Source: an uncultured cyanobacterium
GTDB taxonomy: Bacteria; Cyanobacteriota; Cyanobacteriia; Phormidesmidales; Phormidesmidaceae
DNA length: 64,000 nucleotides
Direction: 5' to 3'
Assembly: GCA_963702855.1 (NCBI GenBank)
Contig: OY969765.1
Coordinates: 513,766-577,765, forward strand
A program made the translations under genes and the position numbers. Positions 18,825-28,555 of the stretch are shown here, in pieces; position 1 is the stretch's first letter, and every line of letters starts with the position of its first letter. The notes beneath the pieces are model-generated. The model had not been told where the DNA came from. It ran no database searches and worked only from the letters and a program-made list of their open reading frames with translations.

Positions 18825-19445
18825 ATGGACAGCTTTCCTAGACCGACCGTTTCTAACCGAGGGTTTAATGCAAATACTTCTGGCGGCGCGAGCCATGACC
18901 TAAGCAGAAGCATTTGCCTGGTTGTTAGCCTGACTTGCTTGGCAGGCTTTCTTGTTGACGTTTTGGTATTAGGTACCCCACTCGATCTATTTACGCCGGA
19001 GTGGCGTGTCAGCTTTTTGCGGCAGGCCGGCGATCGCAGTATTGTACTTTTCTTTGGTGCGGCGCTGTTACTTTACAGCATTTTCGACAATACTCGAATG
19101 AAGCGATCGCTATCACTCTTTTGCTTAGCCTTAGGCGTAGCCTTCTTACTATCTTCTCTCGTGGTGATTCGCGACAGTCTCACCCTCAAAGATCAGGCTT
19201 TTAGGAGTATCAGCAATCAAGAAGAACAGCTTCAAACCGGTGTCGAAGAATCTCAGGCCGACGGTAGCTTACCAGCTGATATTAGCTTTGAGCAGGCCTT
19301 GCAGCAAATCAGCACTCGCGCAGAAGAGATAAAGCGGAGCACCAGTCAGGAAATTACCGAGGCCGGAACCTCAAGTTTAGGAAATTTGGGTGTAGTTGGT
19401 CTAGGACTCATTGGACTGGGTCGAGTTGGCCTGAAAAAGCGCTAA
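18825..19445 (+). CDS. HpsJ-like membrane protein (exosortase-associated)
   Basis: Three N-terminal TMs with W..SFLRQAGDRSIVLFFG, a coiled region and a C-terminal TM plus basic tail; lies next to the exosortase. Confidence 0.6.
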   Translation: MDSFPRPTVSNRGFNANTSGGASHDLSRSICLVVSLTCLAGFLVDVLVLGTPLDLFTPEWRVSFLRQAGDRSIVLFFGAALLLYSIFDNTRMKRSLSLFCLALGVAFLLSSLVVIRDSLTLKDQAFRSISNQEEQLQTGVEESQADGSLPADISFEQALQQISTRAEEIKRSTSQEITEAGTSSLGNLGVVGLGLIGLGRVGLKKR

Positions 19446-19543
19446 GGTCAGTCGGGTGAGCAGATTAGCTCGCTAATGAAGAGAGCAATATAGCACTTGA
19501 TGGAAATTGGAAGCATTTGACCTGTCTTTAGAAAAATTACGCC

Positions 19544-20455
19544 ATGGCACGACAACGGGCTGAGCTAGCTCCATACTCTTTTCTCAAAGAAGCGCTGAAA
19601 ACCAACGCTGGCAGGCTCGTTTTGGCAGGCTCGGTAGTTGGCCTAATCTATTTGCCCGTTTGGTTAGGATATCTAATTCCTCAAGCACTAAAGGGGAAGA
19701 TAGGCTGGTTTTTGATCTTCAGTATGCTCGCTTTGGCGGGGCTAGAGCTATGGAGTAAGCGACAGTTACTCGAGCAGATGGAGGCTTCTGAAGAGGACCG
19801 GCTGTTGGGATATCTCCTAATTGCTTCTGGAATTGTTCTCTTTCCGTTTTGCCGATTTGCTATCTGGCCGCAGGCGCTCCTCTGGTTGGTCATTCTTGTC
19901 GGCAGCGTTTGTAGTCTTTGGGGAATAGGTTTCTTCCGCCAATTTATGATGCCAACTTTCTTCGTTGGGCTGACGGTGTATCCTCGCATCGGGCTCATCT
20001 CGCGATTTGTTTGGGATTTCTTTACACCGCCTCAGTTTTTAGAGAAAACAATGGCCTGGGGAGGAACGCTAGCTATGAAAGCGATCGGGTTTCCGGCCAC
20101 TCGTGAAGGCGTGTTTATCACTTTTCCCAAAGGGGCTGTAGAGGTAGGCTGGGGCTGCAACGGGCTAGACATGGCAATCACGATTGCGGCAGCAGGGCTA
20201 TTTATGGGCCTTTTGTACAGGCAAAAGCGGAGCCAAATGGTTTGGCTAATTTTGGCGGCAGCCATAGTTGCCCTACTTGCTAACATCCCTCGCTTGATGC
20301 TGGTGACTATTGCCCATGTCTATTGGGGCGACTGGTGGTTCAACTTTTGGCACGGTTTCTGGGGCGGTCAGATCTTTTCAGGAATACTGTTTACTATCTA
20401 CTACTACATCGTCGAAGCGTTGACTAGCCACCAGCCTACCCAAAAGCGCGCTTGA
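19544..20455 (+). CDS. Exosortase-family transpeptidase (cyanoexosortase type)
   Basis: About 8 TMs; putative catalytic Cys (VGWGCNG), Arg (ANIPR) and His (FWHGFWG). Confidence 0.85.
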   Translation: MARQRAELAPYSFLKEALKTNAGRLVLAGSVVGLIYLPVWLGYLIPQALKGKIGWFLIFSMLALAGLELWSKRQLLEQMEASEEDRLLGYLLIASGIVLFPFCRFAIWPQALLWLVILVGSVCSLWGIGFFRQFMMPTFFVGLTVYPRIGLISRFVWDFFTPPQFLEKTMAWGGTLAMKAIGFPATREGVFITFPKGAVEVGWGCNGLDMAITIAAAGLFMGLLYRQKRSQMVWLILAAAIVALLANIPRLMLVTIAHVYWGDWWFNFWHGFWGGQIFSGILFTIYYYIVEALTSHQPTQKRA

Positions 20456-20693
20456 GGATCAGGCAAACAAAAGGATCAGGCAAACAGAAGACCATAGAAA
20501 CGAGAACTTTATGTCGTGAAGGTTGTGGAATAATTGAGCCTTTCGACTCATCGTTCTGATGATTCTACGACCGGGTTGTACAATCGCTTAAGCGGTTGGG
20601 CAATTGCTTTGAGGCTAGTGACCTTCACTCTCTGTGAGCCTAAAGAATATACCTGGCCTGATCTTTTTCCTTCAACGCAGACCGACCAGCTTA

Positions 20694-21269
20694 ATGACAT
20701 CAAAATCTGTTCAACTATCGAAATATTCACCAGGAGACGACTACAGTCCTGGCGCGTCGCTACTTAAGCAGCTACTTTGGTTTTATCTCGGATTGCCTCT
20801 ATCGATGAGCCACTGGCTACCCTTTTCAGCGCTTAAAGTCAGCATTCTTCGGCTGTTTGGGGCCTCTATCGGCAGTCAGGTCCGGATCAAGCCCGGTGTA
20901 AGGGTCAAATTTCCCTGGCGGCTAACCGTCGGCGATAGCTGCTGGCTCGGTGAGCAAGCTTGGATTGACAACCTAGCGTCTGTTACCTTAGCGCATGACG
21001 TCTGCCTATCTCAGGGCGTTTACTTGTGCACGGGTAACCATGACTGGAGCCGAGAGACCTTTGATTTGCGCCTAGGCGCGATCGCCATAGAGCACAGCGC
21101 TTGGATTGGCGCTCGCGCGGTTGTCGGGCCAGGGGTCACCGTTGGAGAGGGGGCGGTGCTGAGCGTGAACAGCGTAGCAAGTCGCTCTTTAGCGCCGTGG
21201 ATGATTCATACGGGCAATCCAGCAGAGCCTGTTAAACAGAGAGCGATTCAATCTAATGTTCAGGCATAA
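20694..21269 (+). CDS. wcaF: WcaF-family polysaccharide acetyltransferase
   Basis: LLRLFGA.IG..VRIKPGVRVKFPWRL.VGD..W.GE..WIDNL; hexapeptide repeats; LCTGNHDW. Confidence 0.9.
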   Translation: MTSKSVQLSKYSPGDDYSPGASLLKQLLWFYLGLPLSMSHWLPFSALKVSILRLFGASIGSQVRIKPGVRVKFPWRLTVGDSCWLGEQAWIDNLASVTLAHDVCLSQGVYLCTGNHDWSRETFDLRLGAIAIEHSAWIGARAVVGPGVTVGEGAVLSVNSVASRSLAPWMIHTGNPAEPVKQRAIQSNVQA

Positions 21270-23892
21270 TAGCCTTCAGCATTTGCTGAGTGCTTTCTGT
21301 CCAGGTAAGCCAGGGCATAGCTTCTGAGCTAGGTGCCTCTCCTGATTGGTGCAGTGACAGCCATGTTTTGATTGCCGCTGCAAGCTGTTCAGGCTCGCTT
21401 CCTTCAAAGTAAAAGGCGTGATCACCTGCCACTTCACGAAAGACAGGAAGACCTCTGGCAATAATAGGCAAACGATGCTGAGCAGCTTCAATCAGGGGAA
21501 GACCAAATCCCTCACCTTCTGAGGCGGCAAGTAGCGCCGTGCTAACGGAGTAAACCTTATCTAGATACTCGTCGCTGATACCCTGCAGCCAAAATAGCTG
21601 TTTATCTCGCTCTGGATGGCTATCTAGGGCCTGTACAAGTTGATCGACTTGCCAACCGTGCTTACCCACCAAAACAAGATTAACGTTTAGTCCAGACTGC
21701 CAGAGTAAGTCAAAGGCTTTCAAGGCCTGAGTGTGCCCTTTTCTAGGTTCTACCGTTGCCACCATTAAGATAGTAGGTGTTGTTTTTAGGGCGTCTACAA
21801 CAGTAGCGGCATCCTCTGGCAAGCCGCCAGAAGGAAGACTTTGATCGATATCAGCACCTAGATGGAAGTGGCAAATTTTAAGGTAGTCTACACGCTGGGG
21901 AGGAAAGTAAAGCAGCCAGTCTTTAACAGCATCAGCCGTTGCCTGAGAGATGCAGATGAGTCCTGTAGAGAGCTCTGAAATAATTTCTAACCAGCGCTGG
22001 AAGGTAGTGCCAAACTCTTTGGGCCACCATTCAGAATGGTGAATAAGCAAAATATCGTAGACTACAAAATAAATTTCTACCCCTAGTCTTCTAAATCTCT
22101 CTAGTGTTTCTTTCGTATTGACAGCGAGATGTGCAGTGAGATCTAGGCCTAGAAAGATGTCGTTGCAGGCGATGTCTATAATTGTATCAACCGCTTTCTC
22201 GGCTGTAGTGTCAGAGAGGTGAGGCAGCAAGTCTGCAATAAATTTGTTTGATCGGCGGTATTGCGCGCCATCCCAGTAAATTGGAACAATTTGGTATCGG
22301 TTCGGTGGGTTTTGCAGCAAATTGATCAAGATGCTGCGGACAACTCTTTGAATACCAGATTTGGCATCCAGTATCACTAACTGAGAAATATCTACTAGCA
22401 GTCGTCTTGTTTGAAAACTTAGATTTGTACCGATACTAGTTGCTAATTCTCTTAGTTCAGCGTTGCTTTGCTTGTCTAGATCTGTGATGGTTGAAAGCTC
22501 GGAGATTAGCTGGTCGTATAGTGACAATTCAGCTAGAGCACTGGGTCCTAGCGTATTAGAAGCGTCGAAAGCAACAGAATTGGAAGCGAAGGAAGCTTTG
22601 TTGTGGCTTTGGCCTAGATTAGTCTTGAATAGATAAGTTTGGGCCTGCTCGCTTTGGGCTTGCTTACTCTGGGCGTATAGATCTTCAAAAGCTGCGATCG
22701 CTAAATTAGCAGAGCTGTCCCAGGAAAATTTAGCAGATTGCACCAGAGCATCTTGCTTTAAAGACTCTCGAAAGGACCGATCGCTTAGTCCGCAATTAAT
22801 CGCTTGGGCAATCGCTTCCACTGAATAGGGATCAAACAAAGCGTCTTTTCGATTGATAATTTCTGGAATGCTACTGATATCTGAGCCGATGCTAGCTGCG
22901 CCACAAGACATTGCTTCTAAAGCCGGTAGCCCAAACCCTTCATGTACAGAGGGAAAGATAAACAGCTTGCACAAGTTATAAAGGGCAACTAAATCAGAAT
23001 CGCTAACATAGTCGGTCAAAACGAGCTCGTGAGGCTTTAAGCCTTGAGTCTCCATCCACTGCAGAATGCCGGGCTTCATTTCAGGCGGAAGTTTGCCGGT
23101 AATCACGAGTTGATGCTGTCGGCGCATACTCTCGCTCAGGCTAGCGTAGGCTTGAATCAGGCGCTGAATATTTTTGCGTTGGTCAAAGCCGCCGGGCGCG
23201 TACATCAAAAATGGTCGCGTGATGCCGTACTGCCAAAAGAGCTTTTGACAGGCCGTATCGGTGAGTTGTATAGGCTGAAACGCTCTATCAGCAGCAGCGG
23301 AGATATTAGTGACCTTCGTCTTATCTATTCCTAGTTGGTCTATTACTTCATAGCGAGAGCTTTCAGAGATAGCCAGCAGCCAATCGCTTTTCTTAAGGGC
23401 TTCAACCTTTCGAAAGTAGTAGCTCTCTAGCTGTTTATTAGCAAGATAAACATCGGGATTAATCAGCGGAATAAGATCATAAAGCGTGACCGAGGTAGGC
23501 TGATTCAGCTTTGGCAAGCTGCCAATAGAGGTAACAACATCATCTGCCCAACCCTCAAATAGACTAGAGACATGAACAACATCAGGATTAAGCGTAGCGA
23601 TGAAGAATGCTCTGATTTTTTCGCTGGCTTTGGTCAGACACAACCGGTGAGCGTGTCTTTCGGAAGTATCAGCAGGAATTGAGAAGACAACAATTTGCTG
23701 CGGCGGAATGAGACTAGCAAACGTCTGTCTGATTGCCGGCACAGACTCAGGGAACCTGTCGTTTAGTAAAAGCCAGACCTCGTGAGTGTCAGCATTGCGG
23801 GCAATCGCAAGGGCTAGAGATAGCGAATAGCGCCCGATTCCTCTAAATCTGCTTTCGGACTGGCACGGCTGTAAATCGATAAGTATACGCAT
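21253..23892 (-). CDS. Two-domain GT4 glycosyltransferase (WbpX/WbdA-like)
   Basis: Two GT-B modules, each with an E-x7-E motif (HEGFGLPALE; GEGFGLPLIE). Confidence 0.85.
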   Translation of the reverse strand: MRILIDLQPCQSESRFRGIGRYSLSLALAIARNADTHEVWLLLNDRFPESVPAIRQTFASLIPPQQIVVFSIPADTSERHAHRLCLTKASEKIRAFFIATLNPDVVHVSSLFEGWADDVVTSIGSLPKLNQPTSVTLYDLIPLINPDVYLANKQLESYYFRKVEALKKSDWLLAISESSRYEVIDQLGIDKTKVTNISAAADRAFQPIQLTDTACQKLFWQYGITRPFLMYAPGGFDQRKNIQRLIQAYASLSESMRRQHQLVITGKLPPEMKPGILQWMETQGLKPHELVLTDYVSDSDLVALYNLCKLFIFPSVHEGFGLPALEAMSCGAASIGSDISSIPEIINRKDALFDPYSVEAIAQAINCGLSDRSFRESLKQDALVQSAKFSWDSSANLAIAAFEDLYAQSKQAQSEQAQTYLFKTNLGQSHNKASFASNSVAFDASNTLGPSALAELSLYDQLISELSTITDLDKQSNAELRELATSIGTNLSFQTRRLLVDISQLVILDAKSGIQRVVRSILINLLQNPPNRYQIVPIYWDGAQYRRSNKFIADLLPHLSDTTAEKAVDTIIDIACNDIFLGLDLTAHLAVNTKETLERFRRLGVEIYFVVYDILLIHHSEWWPKEFGTTFQRWLEIISELSTGLICISQATADAVKDWLLYFPPQRVDYLKICHFHLGADIDQSLPSGGLPEDAATVVDALKTTPTILMVATVEPRKGHTQALKAFDLLWQSGLNVNLVLVGKHGWQVDQLVQALDSHPERDKQLFWLQGISDEYLDKVYSVSTALLAASEGEGFGLPLIEAAQHRLPIIARGLPVFREVAGDHAFYFEGSEPEQLAAAIKTWLSLHQSGEAPSSEAMPWLTWTESTQQMLKAIMPEH

Positions 23893-23907
23893 ACTGCTGT
23901 TGCTAAT

Positions 23908-25068
23908 CTACCTTCCTAGCGCTTGCTTTAAATCTTTCATTACTTGTGTAGCGTTAGGCGGTAGCTCTCCGGGCTGAACGCTCACCAGGCTACCGGTGTG
24001 TACAAACAGTCTAAGTTGATACCTTAACTTGGGCGATCGCGCCAACACTTTCATCACCGGTTCTTTTAACCAGGGCTGAGCGAGTGCCAAGGACGCTGCG
24101 CCGATAAATGTCTTTTTCAGCTTTTGCTTAGCTGATGCAAAAGGCCTAACTGAGATGTTAGGAGCGCTAGGCGTGCGAGGACTAGGGGGAGCTGATTTAA
24201 AAAAGTTATTTACCGTTCGCAGCGGCGCTGTTACCTTCCAAGAACGGCTGTTGACTAGGTTATAGTGCGCTATCTCTAACGACCGGACGGTCTTTTGAAG
24301 CTGAGTAAATCGATCGTCTTCCTGCTGCTGATAGCGCCGAGAGATTGCTTCAAGGGTAAGGCCATAGTCCTGAGAGAAAGCCTTGTCTAAGATATTCAAC
24401 AGGCTAGCTTCTCCACCTTTTTGGGCAACGACCGCATAGTCAGGGCTAACTTCAGTCAGCACATCGAACAAACTTACCGTATCGGCCTCGCTCATACCAG
24501 GGGCCTCTTGCAAACGCAATACTTTTGTTCTTTTAAACCCATAGTACTCGGGAAGAAAAGCTAGCAGGTCGGGGGGCAGGGGCTTGTCGTGAGTGGGATC
24601 TAGGTAAAAATTAGAGCAGCCGACGTGTATATTTTCTGGGTTGGGCGTTTCTAGAATCAGTAAGCCTGTCGGCTTCAGAACGCGAAAAGCTTCCTGCACT
24701 AGCGCTTGCAGGTCATCAAAAGATAAATGCTCTGCAAGATGAAAGCCAGAAACTAGAAGCTGGCTCTCGCCAGGTAACTGCTTAAGATAGGAAATAGCAT
24801 CACCTTGCTGAGTAGACAAGCCTAGCCCTGCACAGGCTTCTAGCATGCCTTCATCGATATCTATGCCTAAATAGTCAAATCCTCTTTCTTTTAGAATTTC
24901 TAGCCACTCGCCTCGGCCACAGCCCAGATCAACTGCAGATGCACCTGAATGTACGTATTGCTCTAAAAACTCTAAAAAGGGCACATACACCTGAAGTCTT
25001 GACTTTACAAGGTCACGACTTCCCCGATATCTGTCTTCAAAAGCCTTGTAAAAGTTACTACCAATCAT
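23908..25068 (-). CDS. Class I SAM-dependent methyltransferase, putative glycan chain terminator with coiled-coil
   Basis: FEDRYRGS, VDLGCGRGEWL, HLAEHL, ETPNPEN, FYLDPTH; then a short coil and SRSWKVTAPLR. Confidence 0.8.
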   Translation of the reverse strand: MIGSNFYKAFEDRYRGSRDLVKSRLQVYVPFLEFLEQYVHSGASAVDLGCGRGEWLEILKERGFDYLGIDIDEGMLEACAGLGLSTQQGDAISYLKQLPGESQLLVSGFHLAEHLSFDDLQALVQEAFRVLKPTGLLILETPNPENIHVGCSNFYLDPTHDKPLPPDLLAFLPEYYGFKRTKVLRLQEAPGMSEADTVSLFDVLTEVSPDYAVVAQKGGEASLLNILDKAFSQDYGLTLEAISRRYQQQEDDRFTQLQKTVRSLEIAHYNLVNSRSWKVTAPLRTVNNFFKSAPPSPRTPSAPNISVRPFASAKQKLKKTFIGAASLALAQPWLKEPVMKVLARSPKLRYQLRLFVHTGSLVSVQPGELPPNATQVMKDLKQALGR

Positions 25069-26288
25069 CTGTGGTACTCCATCTTTGGCGGCATCCAGCC
25101 AACACCAACAAACTTGTCTCTGTTTATATTGATCACATCAAATACCAAGGCCAAATCTCGCCACTCATAGTTTTTGGCTACGTGAGAGTGACCAGCGTGC
25201 ATAGCGACTGCCACAGAGTAAGTACCAGGTCCAAGATTAGCCGAAAAGAAAAAGTCAACTTTGATCTTTTCATTAGCACTGACATTTCGCAGCGTATTTC
25301 TCAAGTGATGCGTATTCGTACCAAATACGCACTGACCTAAGCGGTCCTTGATAGCATAGCCAACGACAAGCTCAGGCAGATCTACGTGCGCATTGACAAC
25401 GACTCTTAGACAGACTGATTCTCCAACATTTAGCATCTCTACTGGCTCACTGTCTTCATTGAGCAAATCAACGTCAACTAGCGTTGCCTCACCTGTTCCA
25501 GAGAGCGTTTGAGTTTTTCCATTCTCTAGCTGCCGGATGCGAACCGTGCTGTTCTCTTTATTGGCAATTAAAGCGTTGTAATAATCCATGACAAACTCAG
25601 GCTCACCGTCTTGAATGACTTTTCCTTGCTCAAGCAAGATTGCCCGATTACAAAGAGTTTGAATAGCGCTACGGTCGTGCGAGACAAGTAGTAAAGCACT
25701 TCCTTGTTCCTGAAACTCTCGGATTCGACTAAAGCTTTTGTGCTGGAAGTAGGTATCTCCTACTGAGAGTGCCTCGTCGACAATTAACAACGCCGGGCGA
25801 AAAGCGGTAATCACAGAAAAGGCAACCCGCATCTGCATACCGCTAGAGTAGGTGTTCACTGGCTGATCAAAATAATCACCAACTTCTGCAAAGCTTTCAA
25901 TGTCTGCTATGACACTTTCAATCTCGGCTTGAGCAAATCCCATTAGCCCAGCCGAGTGAAAGGCATTTTGACGACCAGTAAAATCAGGGTTAAACCCCAT
26001 TCCCAACTCTAGAATAGAGCCGATGCGACCATTGACCCTCACGCTGCCAGCCGTAGGCTCTTGAGTGCCTGTGACGATCTTTAGCAGCGTACTTTTACCC
26101 GCTCCGTTTTGGCCGACAATACCAATCGCATCGCCTGGCTTTACAGAGAAAGAAACATCTTGAAGCACATGGCTTTTGGCGACTGGCTGCGCGGGCAGGC
26201 CAATCAAAGATAAGACTCTAGAAACTTCTGACCGGTATTGAACATAGGTTTTACTTAGATTTTCGACTTGCAGAACCGGACTATTCAT
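25065..26288 (-). CDS. wzt: Polysaccharide ABC exporter ATPase with C-terminal Wzt_C carbohydrate-binding domain
   Basis: GQNGAGKST, YSSGMQMRVAF, LIVDEALSVGD; C-terminal domain VGYAIKDRLGQ.VFGTNT. Confidence 0.92.
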   Translation of the reverse strand: MNSPVLQVENLSKTYVQYRSEVSRVLSLIGLPAQPVAKSHVLQDVSFSVKPGDAIGIVGQNGAGKSTLLKIVTGTQEPTAGSVRVNGRIGSILELGMGFNPDFTGRQNAFHSAGLMGFAQAEIESVIADIESFAEVGDYFDQPVNTYSSGMQMRVAFSVITAFRPALLIVDEALSVGDTYFQHKSFSRIREFQEQGSALLLVSHDRSAIQTLCNRAILLEQGKVIQDGEPEFVMDYYNALIANKENSTVRIRQLENGKTQTLSGTGEATLVDVDLLNEDSEPVEMLNVGESVCLRVVVNAHVDLPELVVGYAIKDRLGQCVFGTNTHHLRNTLRNVSANEKIKVDFFFSANLGPGTYSVAVAMHAGHSHVAKNYEWRDLALVFDVININRDKFVGVGWMPPKMEYHR

Positions 26289-27082
26289 AGCACATCCACC
26301 ATTTCGCTACTGGCTCTGCGAAAGAGAATCAATGACATTCGAAGCAATACAATGGCGATCGCACTCACCACACCTAGCGCTAGCCAGGTAGGCGGCTTAT
26401 CAAACAAGATTGCGTTTTGAAAGGACACCACAATCCAGTACATCGGATTTAGCTGCATCCAGCGAAGAACCGGCTCGGGCACGATGCTCGGCGGATACAC
26501 AATAGGCGTAAACCACCAGCCTAGCTGCAAAATAATGGGCACAATCTGGCCGATATCTCGAAGAAAGACGTTGAGCGTGCCTAGAATCAGGCCAATTCCC
26601 AGCGACAGCGTTAGCGTAATTACCATTAGCACCGGGATCCACACGACATTATAGCCAGGGACAAATCCCATCAGGGTGATAATCAGCAGAATTGAACCTA
26701 GCAGCAGCAGGTTGTTGATAATCGCTGAGCCGGTGACAATCATTGGCAGGCATATTCGGGGGAAAACCAGCTTTTTGAGCAGGTTGCCATTGGCAATGAA
26801 AACGATTAAACAGCCGTTGATAATCTCGGCAAAAATGTTCCAAGCTAAGGTGCCAGAAAGCAAATAGACCGGATACGCCAGTTTATTGTCGACCATGTCC
26901 GGTAGCCGACTTGAGAGTACCTGCGACAAGATCAGCGCAAACATAGCAGATTGCACTAACGGGTTGATAATCATCCACAGCCCGCCCAAGCGGCTACGAA
27001 CAAAGCGGCTGCGAAAATCAACCTTGATAGACGACAGGATAAAATACCGATATCGCCACACAGACAGAAGTAACGACTTCAT
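26285..27082 (-). CDS. wzm: Polysaccharide ABC exporter permease
   Basis: RSRLGGLW.IINPL, NGNLLKKLVFP, LNVFLRD, TPIVYP, LNPM; 4-bp overlap with wzt. Confidence 0.92.
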   Translation of the reverse strand: MKSLLLSVWRYRYFILSSIKVDFRSRFVRSRLGGLWMIINPLVQSAMFALILSQVLSSRLPDMVDNKLAYPVYLLSGTLAWNIFAEIINGCLIVFIANGNLLKKLVFPRICLPMIVTGSAIINNLLLLGSILLIITLMGFVPGYNVVWIPVLMVITLTLSLGIGLILGTLNVFLRDIGQIVPIILQLGWWFTPIVYPPSIVPEPVLRWMQLNPMYWIVVSFQNAILFDKPPTWLALGVVSAIAIVLLRMSLILFRRASSEMVDVL

Positions 27083-27202
27083 ATCCAGTTAACACTATCC
27101 TAATGCTATTCACTAGAGACTTAGTCTATAGTATCGTGCTGACTATCGTTACAAACGATTGCCGATGAATCCTGACGACTCTGCTAACAAGTTTAGAACC
27201 GC

Positions 27203-28354
27203 TTGCCAATGCGCGTAGAAAAGCTAACCGCTCCACTTGTGGTCAATCTGTCGGTATTGATGAATCGGCCTACAGGGATTAGTACCTACGCAAAGAACTT
27301 ATTGCCTTCACTGAAATCTTTCGATCCGATTTTACTGGCGGATAAGGCACCACCCGGATTTAGGTCATATGAAATTCCGGCTGGCCTATCGCCTGACTAT
27401 GGCAGCAAAGGGCATCTCAAGCGACTGTTCTGGCTACAGCGCCGGGTGCCTAGCGTCTGTCGCGAGTTTGGTGATGGCATTTCTGGCGATCGCACCCCCA
27501 GCAAATCCGAGCACAGCCTGCTATTTTCACCCTCGCCCGAAGCCCCGCTATATACAGACTGCCGGTTTGTTGTCACCGTCCACGACACCATCCCCTTAAG
27601 ATTTCCGCAGGCTTTTCCCCTCGCACTAGTCAGCTATTCCCGGCACTATGTAGGCCGCGTATTAGCCCAGGCAGAACATATCATCTGCGATTCTGTCTCT
27701 ACGGCTCGCGATGTCACAAACTTTTATCAGGTGCCTGCTCACAAGCTGACATCAGTCGCACTCGCGTACGATCGACAAAATTTTCGACCTAGCAACACGC
27801 CGAAGGGAAACTACTTTCTGTATATAGGTAGACAAGATACACATAAGAATCTGGCAAGGCTGATATCAGCTTTTTCCCAGGTTGCCAAAGACGGTAGCGG
27901 TGGCAATCGAGATATAGAGCTGTGGCTAGTCGGTCCACAAGACCCGCGCTATACGCCTGCACTGACGGCCCAAACAGCGTCTTTGGCCCTAACTAACCAG
28001 GTGCGCTTTTTAGACTATGTGGCTTACGATCGGCTACCGGTGCTATTGGGAGGTGCGATCGCGCTTACCTTTCCCAGCCTTTGGGAAGGCTTTGGCCTAC
28101 CGGTTCTAGAAGCAATGGCCTGTGGCACACCAGTCATTACCTCCAACCTGTCGTCTCTTCCAGAGGTCGCCGGGGACGCGGCTCTGCTAATTGACCCATA
28201 TAGTACCGACGAACTCGCCGAGGCAATGACTGCCGTTCTAAACGATTCGTCGCTAAGTCAGCAGCTAAAAAACGCTGGGCTCGCTCGCGCTAGCTGCTTT
28301 AAATGGGAAAAAACGGGGCAGCAAACGGCAGACATCCTCAGTCGATTTTTGTGA
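27203..28354 (+). CDS. GT4 glycosyltransferase
   Basis: TGISTYA, VTVHDTIP, HKNL, PSLWEGFGLPVLEAMACG. Confidence 0.88.
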   Translation: MPMRVEKLTAPLVVNLSVLMNRPTGISTYAKNLLPSLKSFDPILLADKAPPGFRSYEIPAGLSPDYGSKGHLKRLFWLQRRVPSVCREFGDGISGDRTPSKSEHSLLFSPSPEAPLYTDCRFVVTVHDTIPLRFPQAFPLALVSYSRHYVGRVLAQAEHIICDSVSTARDVTNFYQVPAHKLTSVALAYDRQNFRPSNTPKGNYFLYIGRQDTHKNLARLISAFSQVAKDGSGGNRDIELWLVGPQDPRYTPALTAQTASLALTNQVRFLDYVAYDRLPVLLGGAIALTFPSLWEGFGLPVLEAMACGTPVITSNLSSLPEVAGDAALLIDPYSTDELAEAMTAVLNDSSLSQQLKNAGLARASCFKWEKTGQQTADILSRFL

Positions 28355-28555
28355 TGCTTTTGTGAGGCATTTATTGCCTTAGTCAAGACTCTAGAATGCC
28401 TCTTTTGTCAGCTAGTAGCTATAGCCTGCAAACGTATCCAGAGTAACTCGGCAAAAGTGATAAGTCGCTATCGTATACAGCGGCCTTGTCCAGCAGTTGG
28501 TATGGTTGTCTACGCAACGCTTACATATTTTTTATTGATACAGCTTCATAAGTTC

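Noticed and set aside
21253-27082. Very recent horizontal transfer of the wzm/wzt cassette, inferred from HIP1 loss
   Set aside because: HIP1 sites are present (about 22694, 24033 and 26356) and no flanking repeats or integrase are seen, so any acquisition is old.
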